NCBI GenBank assembly: GCA_943788175.1
Contig: CALSPG010000006.1
Coordinates: 64,001-128,000 of the forward strand
Direction: 5' to 3'
From: an uncultured bacterium
GTDB lineage: Bacteria; Fidelibacterota; Marinisomatia; Marinisomatales; UBA1611
DNA length: 64,000 nt
This document shows positions 18,784 to 31,144 of this stretch, in pieces. Each line of letters starts with the position of its first letter. Positions within the stretch are counted from its first letter, which is position 1. The notes beneath the pieces are model-generated. The model was given only the letters and a program-made list of their open reading frames with translations, was not told where the DNA came from and made no database searches. The position numbers and the translations under genes were made by a program.

Positions 18784-19839
18784 TTATTTAGATGCATTAT
18801 TATTTCGCTCTTTTTGCTGCCTCTTTTCCAATTTTGCGGAAGCTAACTGTCTCATATCAACAACGCTATCATGTTCATCAACAATCTCAACTCCTAATAA
18901 TGTCTCGATTGCATCTTCCAAAGATATTAATCCAGTCGTCGTGCCAAACTCATCTTCAACAATAAAAATTTGCTGTCTCCTTTTTACAAATTGATCTAAA
19001 ATTGTTGATACCGAATCGGAGTCTTTAACCGTATGAACTGGCTCCATTAGTGAATTCATCGTGACGTCAAACTTATCTTCAGCTTGCTTATTAACTAAAT
19101 CATATCGATGAACAAATCCAATTACTTGATCTAAGGAATTTTTAAAGATAGGAATTCTGGAAAAAACCAATGGCGAATATTTATTAACCACTTGGCCGAC
19201 TGTATCCTCATTAGATAAACTAAATATAACTGATCTCGGGGTCATTACTTCCTCAGCCAAAATATTATCCAATTTCATTAAATTTTCAATTATATCCCCT
19301 TCCTGACTATCAATAGCACCCTCATCTTCACTGAGCTCTGCCATAGCGATCAGTTCTGCTCTCGATGCCTTAGAATTATCTTGACTATCTCTACTTAAAA
19401 TTTTTGATATTTTTTCGCCAATAAAAACCATTGGAAATACTAAAAATATTAAAATACTTATCATGTAGGCCGTAAAGCCAACAAGTGACTTTGTATAATT
19501 TGCACCTAGCGTTTTTGGAATAATTTCTGAAAAAAATAATATTGATAGCGTTAATATAATTGAGGAAATAGCTACCCAACTACTACCAAAAACTGAATAA
19601 GTTTGCGCTCCAACACCAGCAGCACCAACTGTGTTTGCGATAGTATTAATCGTAAGGATTGCGGAAAGTGGCCTATTAATATTTTCTTTAAGGGAAAACA
19701 TTAAATTACCTCTCTTGCTACCTCCTTTTACTAAGACAGCAATATGAGCATGAGAAACGCTTAAAAGAACAGATTCTAGTAAAGAGCAAAGAAACGAGAC
19801 CACAAGGGCTATGAAAAAATAGACTAACAGAGCTGTCAT
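18784..19839 (-). CDS. CNNM (DUF21)-CBS domain protein
   Basis: SFLCSLLESVLLS, FSEIIPKTLG, EVMTPR, FSRIPI, SLEDAIETLLG. Confidence 0.92.
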   Translation of the reverse strand: MTALLVYFFIALVVSFLCSLLESVLLSVSHAHIAVLVKGGSKRGNLMFSLKENINRPLSAILTINTIANTVGAAGVGAQTYSVFGSSWVAISSIILTLSILFFSEIIPKTLGANYTKSLVGFTAYMISILIFLVFPMVFIGEKISKILSRDSQDNSKASRAELIAMAELSEDEGAIDSQEGDIIENLMKLDNILAEEVMTPRSVIFSLSNEDTVGQVVNKYSPLVFSRIPIFKNSLDQVIGFVHRYDLVNKQAEDKFDVTMNSLMEPVHTVKDSDSVSTILDQFVKRRQQIFIVEDEFGTTTGLISLEDAIETLLGVEIVDEHDSVVDMRQLASAKLEKRQQKERNNNASK

Positions 19840-19883
19840 ATGTATATGAATTTAGTCTTGTTTTTCAAACAAACAAATCGAGT

Positions 19884-21524
19884 TCATTGAATCTTTAAAA
19901 CTTTACCTTCAAATGGATAATCAGTTTTGATATTTAATAAATTTAAAATGGTTGGTGCAATGTCTACAGTTTCTGCTTGAACTTTAATTTCAGTTTTAGG
20001 TCTACCCTCTTTGACAAAAAGAAGAGGAACATGCGAATCATAATCATAAGGACTTCCATGGCTAGTACCGTATGGATTTCTATAAAGGTAACCAGGCTCA
20101 AGGATGACAAACACGTCAGCGCTTTGCTCAACATGAAGCATATTTTTCAACCTTAGACTAACGTTATCTGTTTTTTTTGAGCTTATAATTTCTGTTTTAG
20201 AAAGGACAGCTTTCACACCGTCAACCATCTCTAAGTACTTTTTGATAATATTTTCTAAATCCGAAGCCTCTATCTTCTTCTTTTTTAATTTATCATGAAA
20301 AAGATAATAATTCGTAAAATCCTTATAAAATAAATTTTCACCATAATATTCAGATATTTCATCCTCAATCCAGTCATATGCTTCTCGCAAATTATCACGG
20401 TTAATGCGACCACCAGATAAATTTAATTGAGGCAAGAACTCAGGTAGGGGTAAACCTCCATGATCAGAAGTCAAAACAAACTCAACATGTTCTAACCCAA
20501 TTGTATTATCAATATGAGTGATTAATTTATTTAATTGAATATCTAATCTGATTAAATAATCCATTGTTTCTTGTGAAAAAGGACCATAATTATGAATGAC
20601 ATAATCCATTGCTGAAAAACCAATAAAGAATAGGTCTGGATTATCATCAGTACCAAGATTTTCTTCATCAAGAATTAATTTAGACAGGTCCACAAGTTTA
20701 TCATCAAACCAAGGTGTGCCTAAGATTTCGGCACCAGGTTTTTTATCATGATCGAAAGATATAGGAAAAACAGGCTTGTAATTATTTGTTTTAATTTTTG
20801 TTTTGGTAATTGAATCATGGTCCATATGGTAAGAATCTACCTCGCCAGTAAAATTATCTAATCGTGAATGCTTTAAGTATATACTATCCGGTAAAATTTT
20901 TGTCCATAATGAGTCTCTATAGGTTTCAAACCTAAGATCATTATTGAAGTCATTTATATATTTTGGTAATGTGTCAACATAATAATCAGATGTTATAAAT
21001 CTATCGATATTGTTATAGTAAAGAACCAAATCAGGGTTTTTACCTCCCATCATTATAGCAGATCTATCTTTTCCAGCAATGGAAATGACTTTTGATTTTG
21101 GATTATTGCTCTTGAGAATATCACCTATCATTTTATTATTATACCTAGCAAATGAACGGGCAAGGCCATCGCCTCCAATTGTTTTTGCTTTAACGTCCTC
21201 CACGCAATTAACAACCTTCCCCAAGGCCCTATCATAATAACTGTTGCCAAGGACTCCAGCAGGCCCGGGATGATTGCCACTTGCAATTGCAAAATGACCA
21301 GGTCCCGTTGCTGTATATCCATGCTGATGAAAAGTATTCTGGAAAGAGATACTATTTTCAACTAGCCATTTAAATCCACCGCTGTACAAGTTTTTAAACC
21401 TTGAAAGATGATCTGGCCTCATCTGATCTGAAACCAAAAAGACGACTAACTTTGTTTTAGGTTTTGATGAGCATGAAATCGAAAAAAAACAAAAAACGAA
21501 CAGGCTAAATAATTTTAATCTCAA
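19884..21524 (-). CDS. Alkaline phosphatase superfamily lipoprotein (PafA-like)
   Basis: SDQMRPD, TATGPGH (Thr nucleophile), KDRSA, TSDHG, HGSPYDYDSHVPL; ISCS lipobox. Confidence 0.9.
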   Translation of the reverse strand: MRLKLFSLFVFCFFSISCSSKPKTKLVVFLVSDQMRPDHLSRFKNLYSGGFKWLVENSISFQNTFHQHGYTATGPGHFAIASGNHPGPAGVLGNSYYDRALGKVVNCVEDVKAKTIGGDGLARSFARYNNKMIGDILKSNNPKSKVISIAGKDRSAIMMGGKNPDLVLYYNNIDRFITSDYYVDTLPKYINDFNNDLRFETYRDSLWTKILPDSIYLKHSRLDNFTGEVDSYHMDHDSITKTKIKTNNYKPVFPISFDHDKKPGAEILGTPWFDDKLVDLSKLILDEENLGTDDNPDLFFIGFSAMDYVIHNYGPFSQETMDYLIRLDIQLNKLITHIDNTIGLEHVEFVLTSDHGGLPLPEFLPQLNLSGGRINRDNLREAYDWIEDEISEYYGENLFYKDFTNYYLFHDKLKKKKIEASDLENIIKKYLEMVDGVKAVLSKTEIISSKKTDNVSLRLKNMLHVEQSADVFVILEPGYLYRNPYGTSHGSPYDYDSHVPLLFVKEGRPKTEIKVQAETVDIAPTILNLLNIKTDYPFEGKVLKIQ

Positions 21525-22729
21525 TTAACCACCTTCAAGAATTTCCTCTTTCCAACTTTTAAAACAAAAGAATCACCCATTGACACTTTATATTGAATGT
21601 CTTTTATAGCTTCGCCATCAATCTTCACCGCAGATTGCTTTATCATTCTTCGAGCTTCACTTTTACTTTTCAACAATCCCGAATCTGCTATTATATTTAC
21701 CAGAAAGTCCTCTTCTTTTAGATTGTACTCTTCAATTTCATCTGGCATTCCTTTTGCTACTGTCACTTGGTTAAAGTGGTTTTCAGCCTCCAATGCTATT
21801 TTTTCATCGTAATATAATGAAACAATCCTTCTGGCTAAGTCTCTTTTTAGCTCCATTGGATTAACATCGCTATTTTTAATTTTTAGCTTAACCTCTTCAA
21901 GAAATTGATTGTCAGCATCAGCTGCTAATGTGAACCACGATAGCATAACATTGTCTGGAATTGAAAGTGTTTTACCATACATATCATTAGCAGAATCTGA
22001 TATACCGATATCATTCCCATACGACTTTGACATCTTCTCAATACCGTCTGTGCCTTCTAATATAGGCATTGTTAGTATACATTGTGGTTTTTGGCCTACA
22101 TCTTTTTGCAGGTTTCTGCCCATGAGTAGATTGAACTTTTGATCTGTGCCACCTATTTCAATATCAGAAACTAATTCGACAGAGTCCTGTGCTTGAGCAA
22201 GTGGGTATAGGAATTCATGAAGAGAAATAGGAACTTCCGAATTATACCTTTTATTAAAGTCATCTCTTTCTAACATCCTCGCAACAGTTGTGGAGCTAGA
22301 AAGTTTAATTACATCAGAAAAACTCATTTTCCCTAACCATTCAGAATTATAACAGACTTTCAATTTATCCATATCCAGAATAGCTTTTGCTTGGTTTAAA
22401 TAAGTCTTCGCATTTTCCTTAGCCTCTTCCAATGTCAATTGAGGCCTAGTTCTATTTCTTCCAGTTGGATCACCTATCATGGCAGTGAAATCACCAATGA
22501 CTAAAACAGCTCGATGACCAAGATCTTGAAAGTGTCTCAATTTTCTTAACACCACACTGTGCCCTATATGAAGGTCTGCCCTGCTCGGGTCACAGCCTAG
22601 TTTAACTACCAAAGGAACTCCATTTTTAACAGAACTTTCGATTTTGCTTCGCAATTCATTTTCTGGAATGATTTCCGCTGCACCTTTACTAATTATTTTG
22701 TATTGTTCATCTACAGATAAAACATTCAT
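21521..22729 (-). CDS. tyrS: Tyrosine--tRNA ligase
   Basis: LHIGH, KMSKS, C-terminal S4 domain. Confidence 0.97.
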   Translation of the reverse strand: MNVLSVDEQYKIISKGAAEIIPENELRSKIESSVKNGVPLVVKLGCDPSRADLHIGHSVVLRKLRHFQDLGHRAVLVIGDFTAMIGDPTGRNRTRPQLTLEEAKENAKTYLNQAKAILDMDKLKVCYNSEWLGKMSFSDVIKLSSSTTVARMLERDDFNKRYNSEVPISLHEFLYPLAQAQDSVELVSDIEIGGTDQKFNLLMGRNLQKDVGQKPQCILTMPILEGTDGIEKMSKSYGNDIGISDSANDMYGKTLSIPDNVMLSWFTLAADADNQFLEEVKLKIKNSDVNPMELKRDLARRIVSLYYDEKIALEAENHFNQVTVAKGMPDEIEEYNLKEEDFLVNIIADSGLLKSKSEARRMIKQSAVKIDGEAIKDIQYKVSMGDSFVLKVGKRKFLKVVN

Positions 22730-23181
22730 CTATTTCTCTTCATTTCTCTTTGCATCACTTTTTCAACATCTCGTCTTTTTTTTGTTTCACGCTTATCAAA
22801 TAACTTTTTACCTTTAGCCAATCCAATTTCTACTTTTAACCATCCTCTTTTATTAAAATAAATCTTTAACGGAACAGCGGTAAGACCTTTTTCAGCTAAT
22901 TTTTGATTAATCTTTAAAATTTCATTTTTATGAAGCAATAAACGTCTTTTCCTGGTCAGCTCATGACCTGTAAATCCAGTATGACTATATGCGCTAATAT
23001 GCATTCCCCTAAGCCAGGCTTGTCCTTTTTTAATTAATACATAACTTTCCCTTAAACTAGCCTTACCTTCTCTTAGACTTTTAACTTCGCTACCTAATAG
23101 CTCAATTCCGGCCTCAAAGGTCTCAAGTATTTGGAATTCATGGTATGCTTTTCTATTATTCGAAACCGTGATTTTTTCCAT
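22726..23181 (-). CDS. smpB: SsrA-binding protein
   Basis: [40 protein letters not shown]. Confidence 0.97.
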   Translation of the reverse strand: MEKITVSNNRKAYHEFQILETFEAGIELLGSEVKSLREGKASLRESYVLIKKGQAWLRGMHISAYSHTGFTGHELTRKRRLLLHKNEILKINQKLAEKGLTAVPLKIYFNKRGWLKVEIGLAKGKKLFDKRETKKRRDVEKVMQREMKRNR

Positions 23182-23338
23182 AACAAAAGGCCTGCTAAAT
23201 TACGCTCCCTGGAATAATTCGTCCAAATGTATTCATTGAGGCAAAGCTGATAAAATTTTTAATGCATATCTCCATATTAAGTCATATTTAGATAAACGTA
23301 AATTACACAGCCATTTTTAAAAAAAATCAATATAAATA

Positions 23339-24448
23339 ATGAATATATTAATAGTTGAACCATACTATACTGGGTCTCATAAACAATGGGCTGAAGGGTA
23401 TAAAAAACATAGTAACCACAAAATTAAAATAATTTCAATGAAAGGACAGTTTTGGAAATGGCGAATGCATGGTGGCGCAGTAACCCTAGCTAAATCTTAT
23501 GTCGAATTGAACTGGAAACCAGATGTGATATTTTGTTCTGACATGTTAGACCTTTCCACTTTTCTATCTTTAACTAGAAAAGAGACAAAGAATATTCCCG
23601 TAGCAATTTATTTTCATGAAAACCAAATATCATATCCTTGGTCACCAAACGATCGAGATGTGAGAAACAAAAGAGATAATCATTATGGCTTTATAAATTT
23701 TACTTCTGCACTTTCTGCAGATAAAGTATTTTTTAATTCAAGTTTTCATATGAATACTTTTCTTGATGATCTATCACCATTTTTAAGGCATTTCCCTGAT
23801 TATAATGAATTAGATACAATCAAGGTCATTAAAGAAAAATCAAAAGTGTTACCCCTTGGACTTGAACTATCAAAATTTAATAATCTAACTATTCAAAAAG
23901 ATCAAGATCCGGTTATACTATGGAATCATCGTTGGGAGTATGACAAAAATCCTGAATTTTTCTTCAACACTTTAAGTAAATTAAAAAAGAATGGGTTGTT
24001 TTTTAAATTAATCATAATAGGTGAATCATTTGGAAAAATTCCAGAGGTATTTGAAAAAGCTAAAATTGAATTTGAGGAAAATATTTTAGAATGGGGATAT
24101 TTGAAAACATTTAGTCAATATGCTTATTCACTACATAGGGCTGATATTATTCCGGTTACTTCGAATCAAGAGTTTTTCGGGGTTAGTGTAATGGAAGCAA
24201 TTTATTGTGGCGTATGGCCTATTTTACCTGAAAGACTCAGTTATAAAGAACTATTTTCAGATGCAAATTATAAAAATAATTTTTATTCTGATGATTCACT
24301 TTTTTATGAAAAAATTAAACTTTCAATTTTAAATATTAAAGATATCAGAAAAAAATCAATGAAAAATATTCCTAAAAAATATGATTGGAAAAATATTACA
24401 AAAAAGTACGATGAGACCCTTGAAGATTTAGCTAAAAATATTCAGTAA
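23339..24448 (+). CDS. DUF3524 / GTDC1-like GT-B glycosyltransferase
   Basis: EPYYTGSH, WKWRMHGG, YFHENQISYP, FNSSFH, WNHRWEYDKNP, EFFGVSVMEA. Confidence 0.85.
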   Translation: MNILIVEPYYTGSHKQWAEGYKKHSNHKIKIISMKGQFWKWRMHGGAVTLAKSYVELNWKPDVIFCSDMLDLSTFLSLTRKETKNIPVAIYFHENQISYPWSPNDRDVRNKRDNHYGFINFTSALSADKVFFNSSFHMNTFLDDLSPFLRHFPDYNELDTIKVIKEKSKVLPLGLELSKFNNLTIQKDQDPVILWNHRWEYDKNPEFFFNTLSKLKKNGLFFKLIIIGESFGKIPEVFEKAKIEFEENILEWGYLKTFSQYAYSLHRADIIPVTSNQEFFGVSVMEAIYCGVWPILPERLSYKELFSDANYKNNFYSDDSLFYEKIKLSILNIKDIRKKSMKNIPKKYDWKNITKKYDETLEDLAKNIQ

Positions 24449-24470
24449 AAAATCTATATATACATCAACT

Positions 24471-25928
24471 TTATTTTTCTAACATATCTAGAACTAATCT
24501 AATACCAACACCAGTAGCACTGCCTTTAGGGTCAACACTTGAAGGTTTTGCGCCCCATGCTGTACCAGCAATATCAAAATGAACCCATGGTATATCTTTT
24601 CCAACAAATTCTTTTAAAAATGCTCCGGCAGCTATTGAACCAGCCTGTCCAGCAGAACCCATATTTTTGACATCAGCAATATCACTCTTTATTTGTTTAC
24701 AGTATTCTGGCCATAAAGGTAACTCCCATACTTTTTCACCTGTAGATTTCGAAGATTCTTTGACTTTTCGCATTAATTTATCATCGGTGCCCATTACCCC
24801 AGTTGCAACGTGGCCTAGTGTTACCACTACGGCTCCTGTTAGGGTGGCAAAATCAATAATAAATTCTGGGTCATAGTGTTTAGATGCATATGAGAGACCA
24901 TCTGCAAGAATCAATCTTCCTTCTGCATCTGTATTTAAAACTTCAATGGTCTTACCATTGTAAGCTGTAAGGATATCACCAGGCTTGAAAGCTTTAGCAC
25001 CAACGAGGTTTTCTGTGGAGGGAATAATCCCGACGACATTTATTTTCGGTTTTAAAATAGATAACGCATGAAGTACGCCCAGCACTACAATTGAGCCACA
25101 CATATCATATTTCATTTCATCCATCTTCGAAGCGGGCTTGATTGAAATTCCTCCTGAATCAAAGGTTAAACCTTTTCCAACAAGGACTTTTGGTTTTTCA
25201 TCACCTCCATTATTGTATTCAACAACAATAAATTTTGGTGGTTCATCTGTTCCTTGAGCAACTCCTGCTAGACCGCCCATACCCATTTCAGTAAACTCTT
25301 CTCTATCAATAACTTTTAATGTCATTTCATCTATTTTTGAAATTTCTTCAGCTGCATTCGCAAGATAAGTTGGTGTAGAAATATTTCCCGGATGATTTCC
25401 TAAATCTCTCGCGAAGCAGATTGCATTACCAATTGCAACACCTTTGTTTAATTCTTGATCATTACAACCATTAATGGAAACCTCTTCGACTACGAAAGAA
25501 TCAATAGAATTTGTTTTGTATTCAAGAAATTGATAACTACCCAAGACTGCACCTTCACCCATTGCCTGGCAGCTATCTAACTCGGAACAAAAGCAATCGA
25601 CTGTAACAGTTTTTGCTTTTTTTGTAATTGCCGCTCTAATTGCTGAACCAGTTGCAAGTCTTACAACTTCTGAAGTGACTTTTTCTTTATCGCCCAAACC
25701 TATCAATGCAAACCTTCTATTATTATAATAAAAAAAGTTAACCTCACCTGTTTTCCCTTTTACATCCCCAACATCAACACCACTTTTAATAATATTTTTT
25801 AAATCCTGATTAATGTCACTTCCTCCTGGAGTAAATGAGCTATCTTTGTAAACTCCAATACATATTAAATCGCTTTTAATTTCCATCAACGGAGTATTTA
25901 CTGTTTTTACGTTATGAATGTGAGACAT
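24471..25928 (-). CDS. pepA: Leucyl aminopeptidase (M17)
   Basis: GKGLTFDSGG, MKYDM, NTDAEGRLILAD, HFDIAGT. Confidence 0.96.
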   Translation of the reverse strand: MSHIHNVKTVNTPLMEIKSDLICIGVYKDSSFTPGGSDINQDLKNIIKSGVDVGDVKGKTGEVNFFYYNNRRFALIGLGDKEKVTSEVVRLATGSAIRAAITKKAKTVTVDCFCSELDSCQAMGEGAVLGSYQFLEYKTNSIDSFVVEEVSINGCNDQELNKGVAIGNAICFARDLGNHPGNISTPTYLANAAEEISKIDEMTLKVIDREEFTEMGMGGLAGVAQGTDEPPKFIVVEYNNGGDEKPKVLVGKGLTFDSGGISIKPASKMDEMKYDMCGSIVVLGVLHALSILKPKINVVGIIPSTENLVGAKAFKPGDILTAYNGKTIEVLNTDAEGRLILADGLSYASKHYDPEFIIDFATLTGAVVVTLGHVATGVMGTDDKLMRKVKESSKSTGEKVWELPLWPEYCKQIKSDIADVKNMGSAGQAGSIAAGAFLKEFVGKDIPWVHFDIAGTAWGAKPSSVDPKGSATGVGIRLVLDMLEK

Positions 25929-26062
25929 TTGGTTTCCTTTTTATTCTTTTAATGACAATTTTAATATCAAAATTACTATTTGTAATTTCCCTATACAAAC
26001 ATACAGTATGCACAAAAAATATAATTCGTCGAATTTGTTGTAATGTTACTGATATATAAATA

Positions 26063-29000
26063 ATGTCGATAATAAAAATAAAAAAAGAAGAAGTCTATCC
26101 AATCATCCTTTTGATGATGATGTTCTTTTGCATTGTCGGTTCAAGTATTACCGGCGCTAGTGCAAGAGACACATTCTTTTTGACACAATTTGACAGATCC
26201 TTACTGCCTCTGATGTTTGCATTAGTTGCAGGATTAATGGTAGTGGTAATCTCTATTTATAACAAGATGACATCCAATCTTGATTTGGTAAAGACAATAA
26301 TCTTTTCTTCAGTCTTCTTTTGTATAACCCTTTTTATTATACGATTTAATTTAAATGGTTTTGTCATTCCGCTATTTTATGCTTGGACCGATGTAATCAT
26401 ATCTATTACAATTTTTCAATTCTGGTTGCTTGCTAGCGAAATATTTAACGCTCGCCAAGCCAAACGTCTTTTTAGTGTTATCGGAATTGGAGGCTCAATC
26501 GCGGGAATTAGTGCCGGATACATAATGAGACCTTTTGTATTACGGTTTGGCGCTGAAAATCTATTAATACCTACTATTATATTTATTGCTTTAATAGGCA
26601 TTTTTGCAGCTTATCTAAACCCATTTAGGGCAAAAAAAGACAATAGCTTTAAAAAGGATACAAAGAATGAAACCTCTAAAAATATTTTTGATCCTTATCT
26701 AAAATCAATTTTAGTGATGGTATGTTCCGCAGCTATTTGCTCGAGGATAATAGAGTATCAATTTAAAATTACAGCTGCTACCACTTATTCATCTACAGCT
26801 GAGCTTGCATCTTTTTTTGGCGAATACTATATGTATTTAAATGGAACAACACTAATAATGCAACTTTTCCTTACAGGTTTCATTTTACAAAGGTTCGGGA
26901 TTCTAGGAGGATTAATTATTATGCCTCTCGGACTAATAGTTGGCTCGATGTCTTTTCTAGCTTTGGCTAACCTATCAAGTATTTTTATTGCTCGCCTTTT
27001 TGATCAGGCCTTTAAATTTTCTATTCAAAGCGCATCGAATGAAATGTTATGGACCACCATACCAAAAAATAAGGCTCGCCGAGCGAAACCAATTATTGAT
27101 TCATCAATAAAATCTGTTGCAGAAGGCATAATAGGTTTAATTATTTATGCAATTATAGCAAATAGATTTTTAGAAGATACACAAATATATCTACTTAGTT
27201 TTCCTGTAATAATTGTAATAATATTATGGCTATTAAATAATCTAAGGATTAAAAAAAATTATATTTCATCAATTGAGCAGGCAATAAATCGTCGCCATCT
27301 CAATTTGAAAAATATTCAATTTGATGTAACAGATAGTCATATTATTGACACGATTGATAAAACTTTAATATCTGGTGATATTAATAAACAGTCATTCGCA
27401 TTAGATCTAATAAAAAACATGAAAATCGAAATATGGCGTGATACTTTAAATAAATTATTATCTTTAAAAAATAAAGATATACAGAAACAAATAATGCTAC
27501 TTGCTTTGGAAAAAGGCAATTTTCTTGATAATAATATTCTGATAAAATTGTCTAAACAAGATGACGAGATTGGCGCATTAGCAATTACATTACTTCCTGA
27601 TATATTCATTAAAAATAATATGAACTTATTTTTAGAAAATATTAATTCTACTGATGCACACATTTCTGCAGCTTCATCAGTAGTTATCTTAAAGCAAAAT
27701 TCAGAAGAATCGAAAGCTAGAAAAAAGCTAAATGAATTTCTTGATGTAAAAGATGAAAGAACAACAGCCTTAGCATTAAATTATTTAAAAAACTCAAGTG
27801 AACTACTTCCTAAAAACATACTAAATGATTTATTACATCATTCATCATTAGAGATAAGTAAATCAGCACTAAATGTAGCCGGTAAGCGCCTTGACAACTT
27901 TTATCTACCAGCAATCATATCAAATTTAGAAAATATAAAATGCACCCATAAGACAAGAAAAATACTAAAACTATATGATTATAAAATTGTTGTTAGATAT
28001 CTTGAAAAACAATTGAGCACAAATGGAAATAATACAAATTTAAAAAAAGGCATCATACGTTGTTTAGCTGGTTATAATGACGACCGTGTAATTAGAATAA
28101 TTAAACACCATTTAATTGTAGATGATATCGATATGTCAATTATTTGCTCAGAATCATTATTAAAGATTGCAAAACACAGGTCAAAAACATTTTCTTTTGA
28201 GGATTATTTTTTTGATACTATTAAAATTTTTGCTCATCAATATTTTAAGCTTCATTGCTTTCAAATTTTATTACCAAATAATGAAAACACATTTTTTATC
28301 AAAGATCAGATAAATTATGAAATGAGGAGGTACCTCTACATAATTTTAAAGGTCGTTACCCTTGAAATTCCAAATTCTCCAATAGACTCACATATTAAAA
28401 ATATTATTGAGAATAATGATAAGGATCTACCATATGTTCTTGAATTTTTTGAAACTTCATTTAATAAAAAAACATTAAATCTATTGATGCCAATAATTGA
28501 CCCAGAACATGATTATAAAGACGAAAAAATTCAAAATCAATTAAACAATGGTTCTTTTGATAGTTGGATAAAAAGCTGGTCAGAATCTGATAATAACTGG
28601 AAATCAGCAATAAGTATAGATTATGGTATAAAATATGATAAAAAACTGATTAATAGCATTGATTGGTCAAAAGTTATTTCCAGCCCCATTCTTTCGCAGG
28701 TTTTAGAATACTGTGATGATAAAGAGATATCAATTCCATTAGAAAAGTTTCAAAACAAGACGGAGAAAACTATGTTTACAATTCTAGAAAAAACAATTTT
28801 ACTAAAAACTGTTGATCTTTTTCAAGATATACCAGGAGAATTGTTATCCCAAGTTTCACAAATTTCTAAAGCAAAAAATTATGATAATGGTGAAACAATT
28901 TTTAAAGATGGAGATATTGGCGATTCTATGTTTATAGTGCTTGATGGTAAAATATCGATAACTAAGGGCGATAAAGAAATAGCCTTACTAGAAAAAGGTG

Positions 29001-29203
29001 ATTCTCTTGGAGAAATGGCGCTATTAGACAACGAAAATAGATCTGCGAATGCAATAGCGAAGGCGGACTCAGTACTACTTAAAATCAATCAAGATGTTTT
29101 CTATGAGTTGATGGAGAGCAACGCTGATATAATGAAACAAATTATAAAATTATTGACTGGTAGAATTAGAACAGCAAATGCTAAACTTGAGATGAACCTT
29201 TAA
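26063..29203 (+). CDS. NTT/TLC-like nucleotide transporter fused to HEAT repeats and a cyclic-nucleotide-binding domain
   Basis: N-terminal multi-TM region with [18 protein letters not shown] and RAKPIID; helical repeats; C-terminal [14 protein letters not shown]...[15 protein letters not shown]. Confidence 0.82.
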   Translation: MSIIKIKKEEVYPIILLMMMFFCIVGSSITGASARDTFFLTQFDRSLLPLMFALVAGLMVVVISIYNKMTSNLDLVKTIIFSSVFFCITLFIIRFNLNGFVIPLFYAWTDVIISITIFQFWLLASEIFNARQAKRLFSVIGIGGSIAGISAGYIMRPFVLRFGAENLLIPTIIFIALIGIFAAYLNPFRAKKDNSFKKDTKNETSKNIFDPYLKSILVMVCSAAICSRIIEYQFKITAATTYSSTAELASFFGEYYMYLNGTTLIMQLFLTGFILQRFGILGGLIIMPLGLIVGSMSFLALANLSSIFIARLFDQAFKFSIQSASNEMLWTTIPKNKARRAKPIIDSSIKSVAEGIIGLIIYAIIANRFLEDTQIYLLSFPVIIVIILWLLNNLRIKKNYISSIEQAINRRHLNLKNIQFDVTDSHIIDTIDKTLISGDINKQSFALDLIKNMKIEIWRDTLNKLLSLKNKDIQKQIMLLALEKGNFLDNNILIKLSKQDDEIGALAITLLPDIFIKNNMNLFLENINSTDAHISAASSVVILKQNSEESKARKKLNEFLDVKDERTTALALNYLKNSSELLPKNILNDLLHHSSLEISKSALNVAGKRLDNFYLPAIISNLENIKCTHKTRKILKLYDYKIVVRYLEKQLSTNGNNTNLKKGIIRCLAGYNDDRVIRIIKHHLIVDDIDMSIICSESLLKIAKHRSKTFSFEDYFFDTIKIFAHQYFKLHCFQILLPNNENTFFIKDQINYEMRRYLYIILKVVTLEIPNSPIDSHIKNIIENNDKDLPYVLEFFETSFNKKTLNLLMPIIDPEHDYKDEKIQNQLNNGSFDSWIKSWSESDNNWKSAISIDYGIKYDKKLINSIDWSKVISSPILSQVLEYCDDKEISIPLEKFQNKTEKTMFTILEKTILLKTVDLFQDIPGELLSQVSQISKAKNYDNGETIFKDGDIGDSMFIVLDGKISITKGDKEIALLEKGDSLGEMALLDNENRSANAIAKADSVLLKINQDVFYELMESNADIMKQIIKLLTGRIRTANAKLEMNL

Positions 29204-31130
29204 TAAGACTTTCAACGACACTAGGGTCAGCTAAAGTTGAAATATCTCCCATACTATTTACATCATCCTCAGCAATTTTTCTCAAAATCCTTCTCATAAT
29301 TTTTCCTGAGCGTGTTTTTGGAAGAGCAGGTGCAAACTGCATTTTATCAGGTTTTGCATGTGGTCCTATTTCTTTAACAACGGAGCTTATTATAGATTCA
29401 AGAATGACTTCAGATGAATCTACACCGGTCATTAGTGTTACAAATGCATAAATACCTTGTCCTTTAATATCATGAGGAAATCCAACTACTGCTGCTTCCG
29501 CAACACCATTTGCTTTGCCTATGGCACCTTCAACCTCAGCTGTTCCAATACGATGTCCAGAAATATTTAATACATCATCAACCCTTCCAGTAATCCAGTA
29601 ATAGCCATCTTTATCTCTTTTTGCTCCATCTCCAGTAAAATAATAGCCTCTAAACTGCGAAAAATAAGTATCAAAGAATCGTTTATGATCCCCATAAATC
29701 GTTCTCATTTGCCCTGGCCAAGAAGTATTTAATGCTAGCAAACCTTGCGTATTATTTCCTTCAATTTCCTCACCGTCATCAGATAGTAATACAGGGTTTA
29801 TGCCAAAAAAAGGTAATGTAGCAGAACCTGGCTTTGTCGGAGTTGCAGCCGGCAAAGGTGAAATCAATATACCACCTGTTTCTGTCTGCCACCAGGTATC
29901 AACAATCGGACAGTTTTCTTTTCCAATAATTTTATTATACCATTTCCATTCCGGCTCTTTGATTGGCTCTCCGACAGTGCCCAAGATTCTTAGACTACTT
30001 AAGTTTTTAGATTCAACCCAAGTATTACCCTCCTTCATTAAAGCTCTTAAAGCAGTAGGAGCAGTATAAAACTGATTAACTTTATGTTTATCTACAACAT
30101 CCCAAAACCTTCCAAAATCTGGATAATTTGGTACACCTTCAAACATAATGGTTGTTGCTCCGTTTGACATTGGACCATAGACTATATAGGAGTGCCCAGT
30201 AATCCATCCTATATCTGCTGTGCACCAATAAACATCATTTTTCTTATAATCAAAAATTATTTCATGAGTATAAGATGCGTATACTAAATAACCTCCTGAG
30301 GTATGTAAAACACCTTTAGGTTTTCCAGTTGATCCAGACGTATACAAGATAAAAAGAGGATCTTCTGAATCCATTTCTAAGGGTTCACAATCTTCACTGG
30401 CAATTATAGTTTCTTCGTGCCACCAGACATCGCGACCATCAACCATTTCAATGTTTATACCCGTCCTTTTTACTACTACGACAGAATCTATCGAGGGTGT
30501 ATTAGTTAAGGCTTTATCAGCATTTTCTTTCATAGGAATGTTGTTTTTTACACCCCGAACCCCAGTGTCTTGCGTAATAAGAATTTTACAAGATGAATCA
30601 TTAATCCTATCGCGCAAAGAATCCGCACTGAAAGCACCAAAAACTACTGAATGAACTGCGCCGATTCTACAACAAGCTAGCATTGCTATCGATAGCTCAG
30701 GAATCATTTGCATATATAGACAAACACGATCTCCTTTTTTTACCCCTAAAGATTTTAAAACATTTGCGAATTTTTTTACCTCTATTAGAAGCTCTGCATA
30801 TGTGTATTTTTTATCTTCTGAAGGATCGTTTCCTTCCCATATTATTGCAGTTTTATCACCATTTCCTGATTCAATATGGCGATCAAGGCAATTATAACTG
30901 ACATTAAGTTTTCCATTTAAATACCAACTAATTTTGGCTTCTTTATAATCAACATCACTTACTTTGTCCCACTTTTTGTACCAATCAATCCTATCAGCAA
31001 CCGATGCCCAAAATTGATTGGGGTCTTTAATTGATTCTTCATATATCTTATTATACTTTTCGATTGAATTGACGTGCGCATTTTTGAGCCATTTTAAAAG
31101 AGGAAAATATGTGCTTTTATCTTTTACCAT
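29181..31130 (-). CDS. acs: Acetyl-CoA synthetase
   Basis: [31 protein letters not shown]; 3' end overlaps the convergent gene by 23 nt. Confidence 0.97.
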   Translation of the reverse strand: MVKDKSTYFPLLKWLKNAHVNSIEKYNKIYEESIKDPNQFWASVADRIDWYKKWDKVSDVDYKEAKISWYLNGKLNVSYNCLDRHIESGNGDKTAIIWEGNDPSEDKKYTYAELLIEVKKFANVLKSLGVKKGDRVCLYMQMIPELSIAMLACCRIGAVHSVVFGAFSADSLRDRINDSSCKILITQDTGVRGVKNNIPMKENADKALTNTPSIDSVVVVKRTGINIEMVDGRDVWWHEETIIASEDCEPLEMDSEDPLFILYTSGSTGKPKGVLHTSGGYLVYASYTHEIIFDYKKNDVYWCTADIGWITGHSYIVYGPMSNGATTIMFEGVPNYPDFGRFWDVVDKHKVNQFYTAPTALRALMKEGNTWVESKNLSSLRILGTVGEPIKEPEWKWYNKIIGKENCPIVDTWWQTETGGILISPLPAATPTKPGSATLPFFGINPVLLSDDGEEIEGNNTQGLLALNTSWPGQMRTIYGDHKRFFDTYFSQFRGYYFTGDGAKRDKDGYYWITGRVDDVLNISGHRIGTAEVEGAIGKANGVAEAAVVGFPHDIKGQGIYAFVTLMTGVDSSEVILESIISSVVKEIGPHAKPDKMQFAPALPKTRSGKIMRRILRKIAEDDVNSMGDISTLADPSVVESLIKGSSQV

Positions 31131-31144
31131 TTTTGTACCTACCT

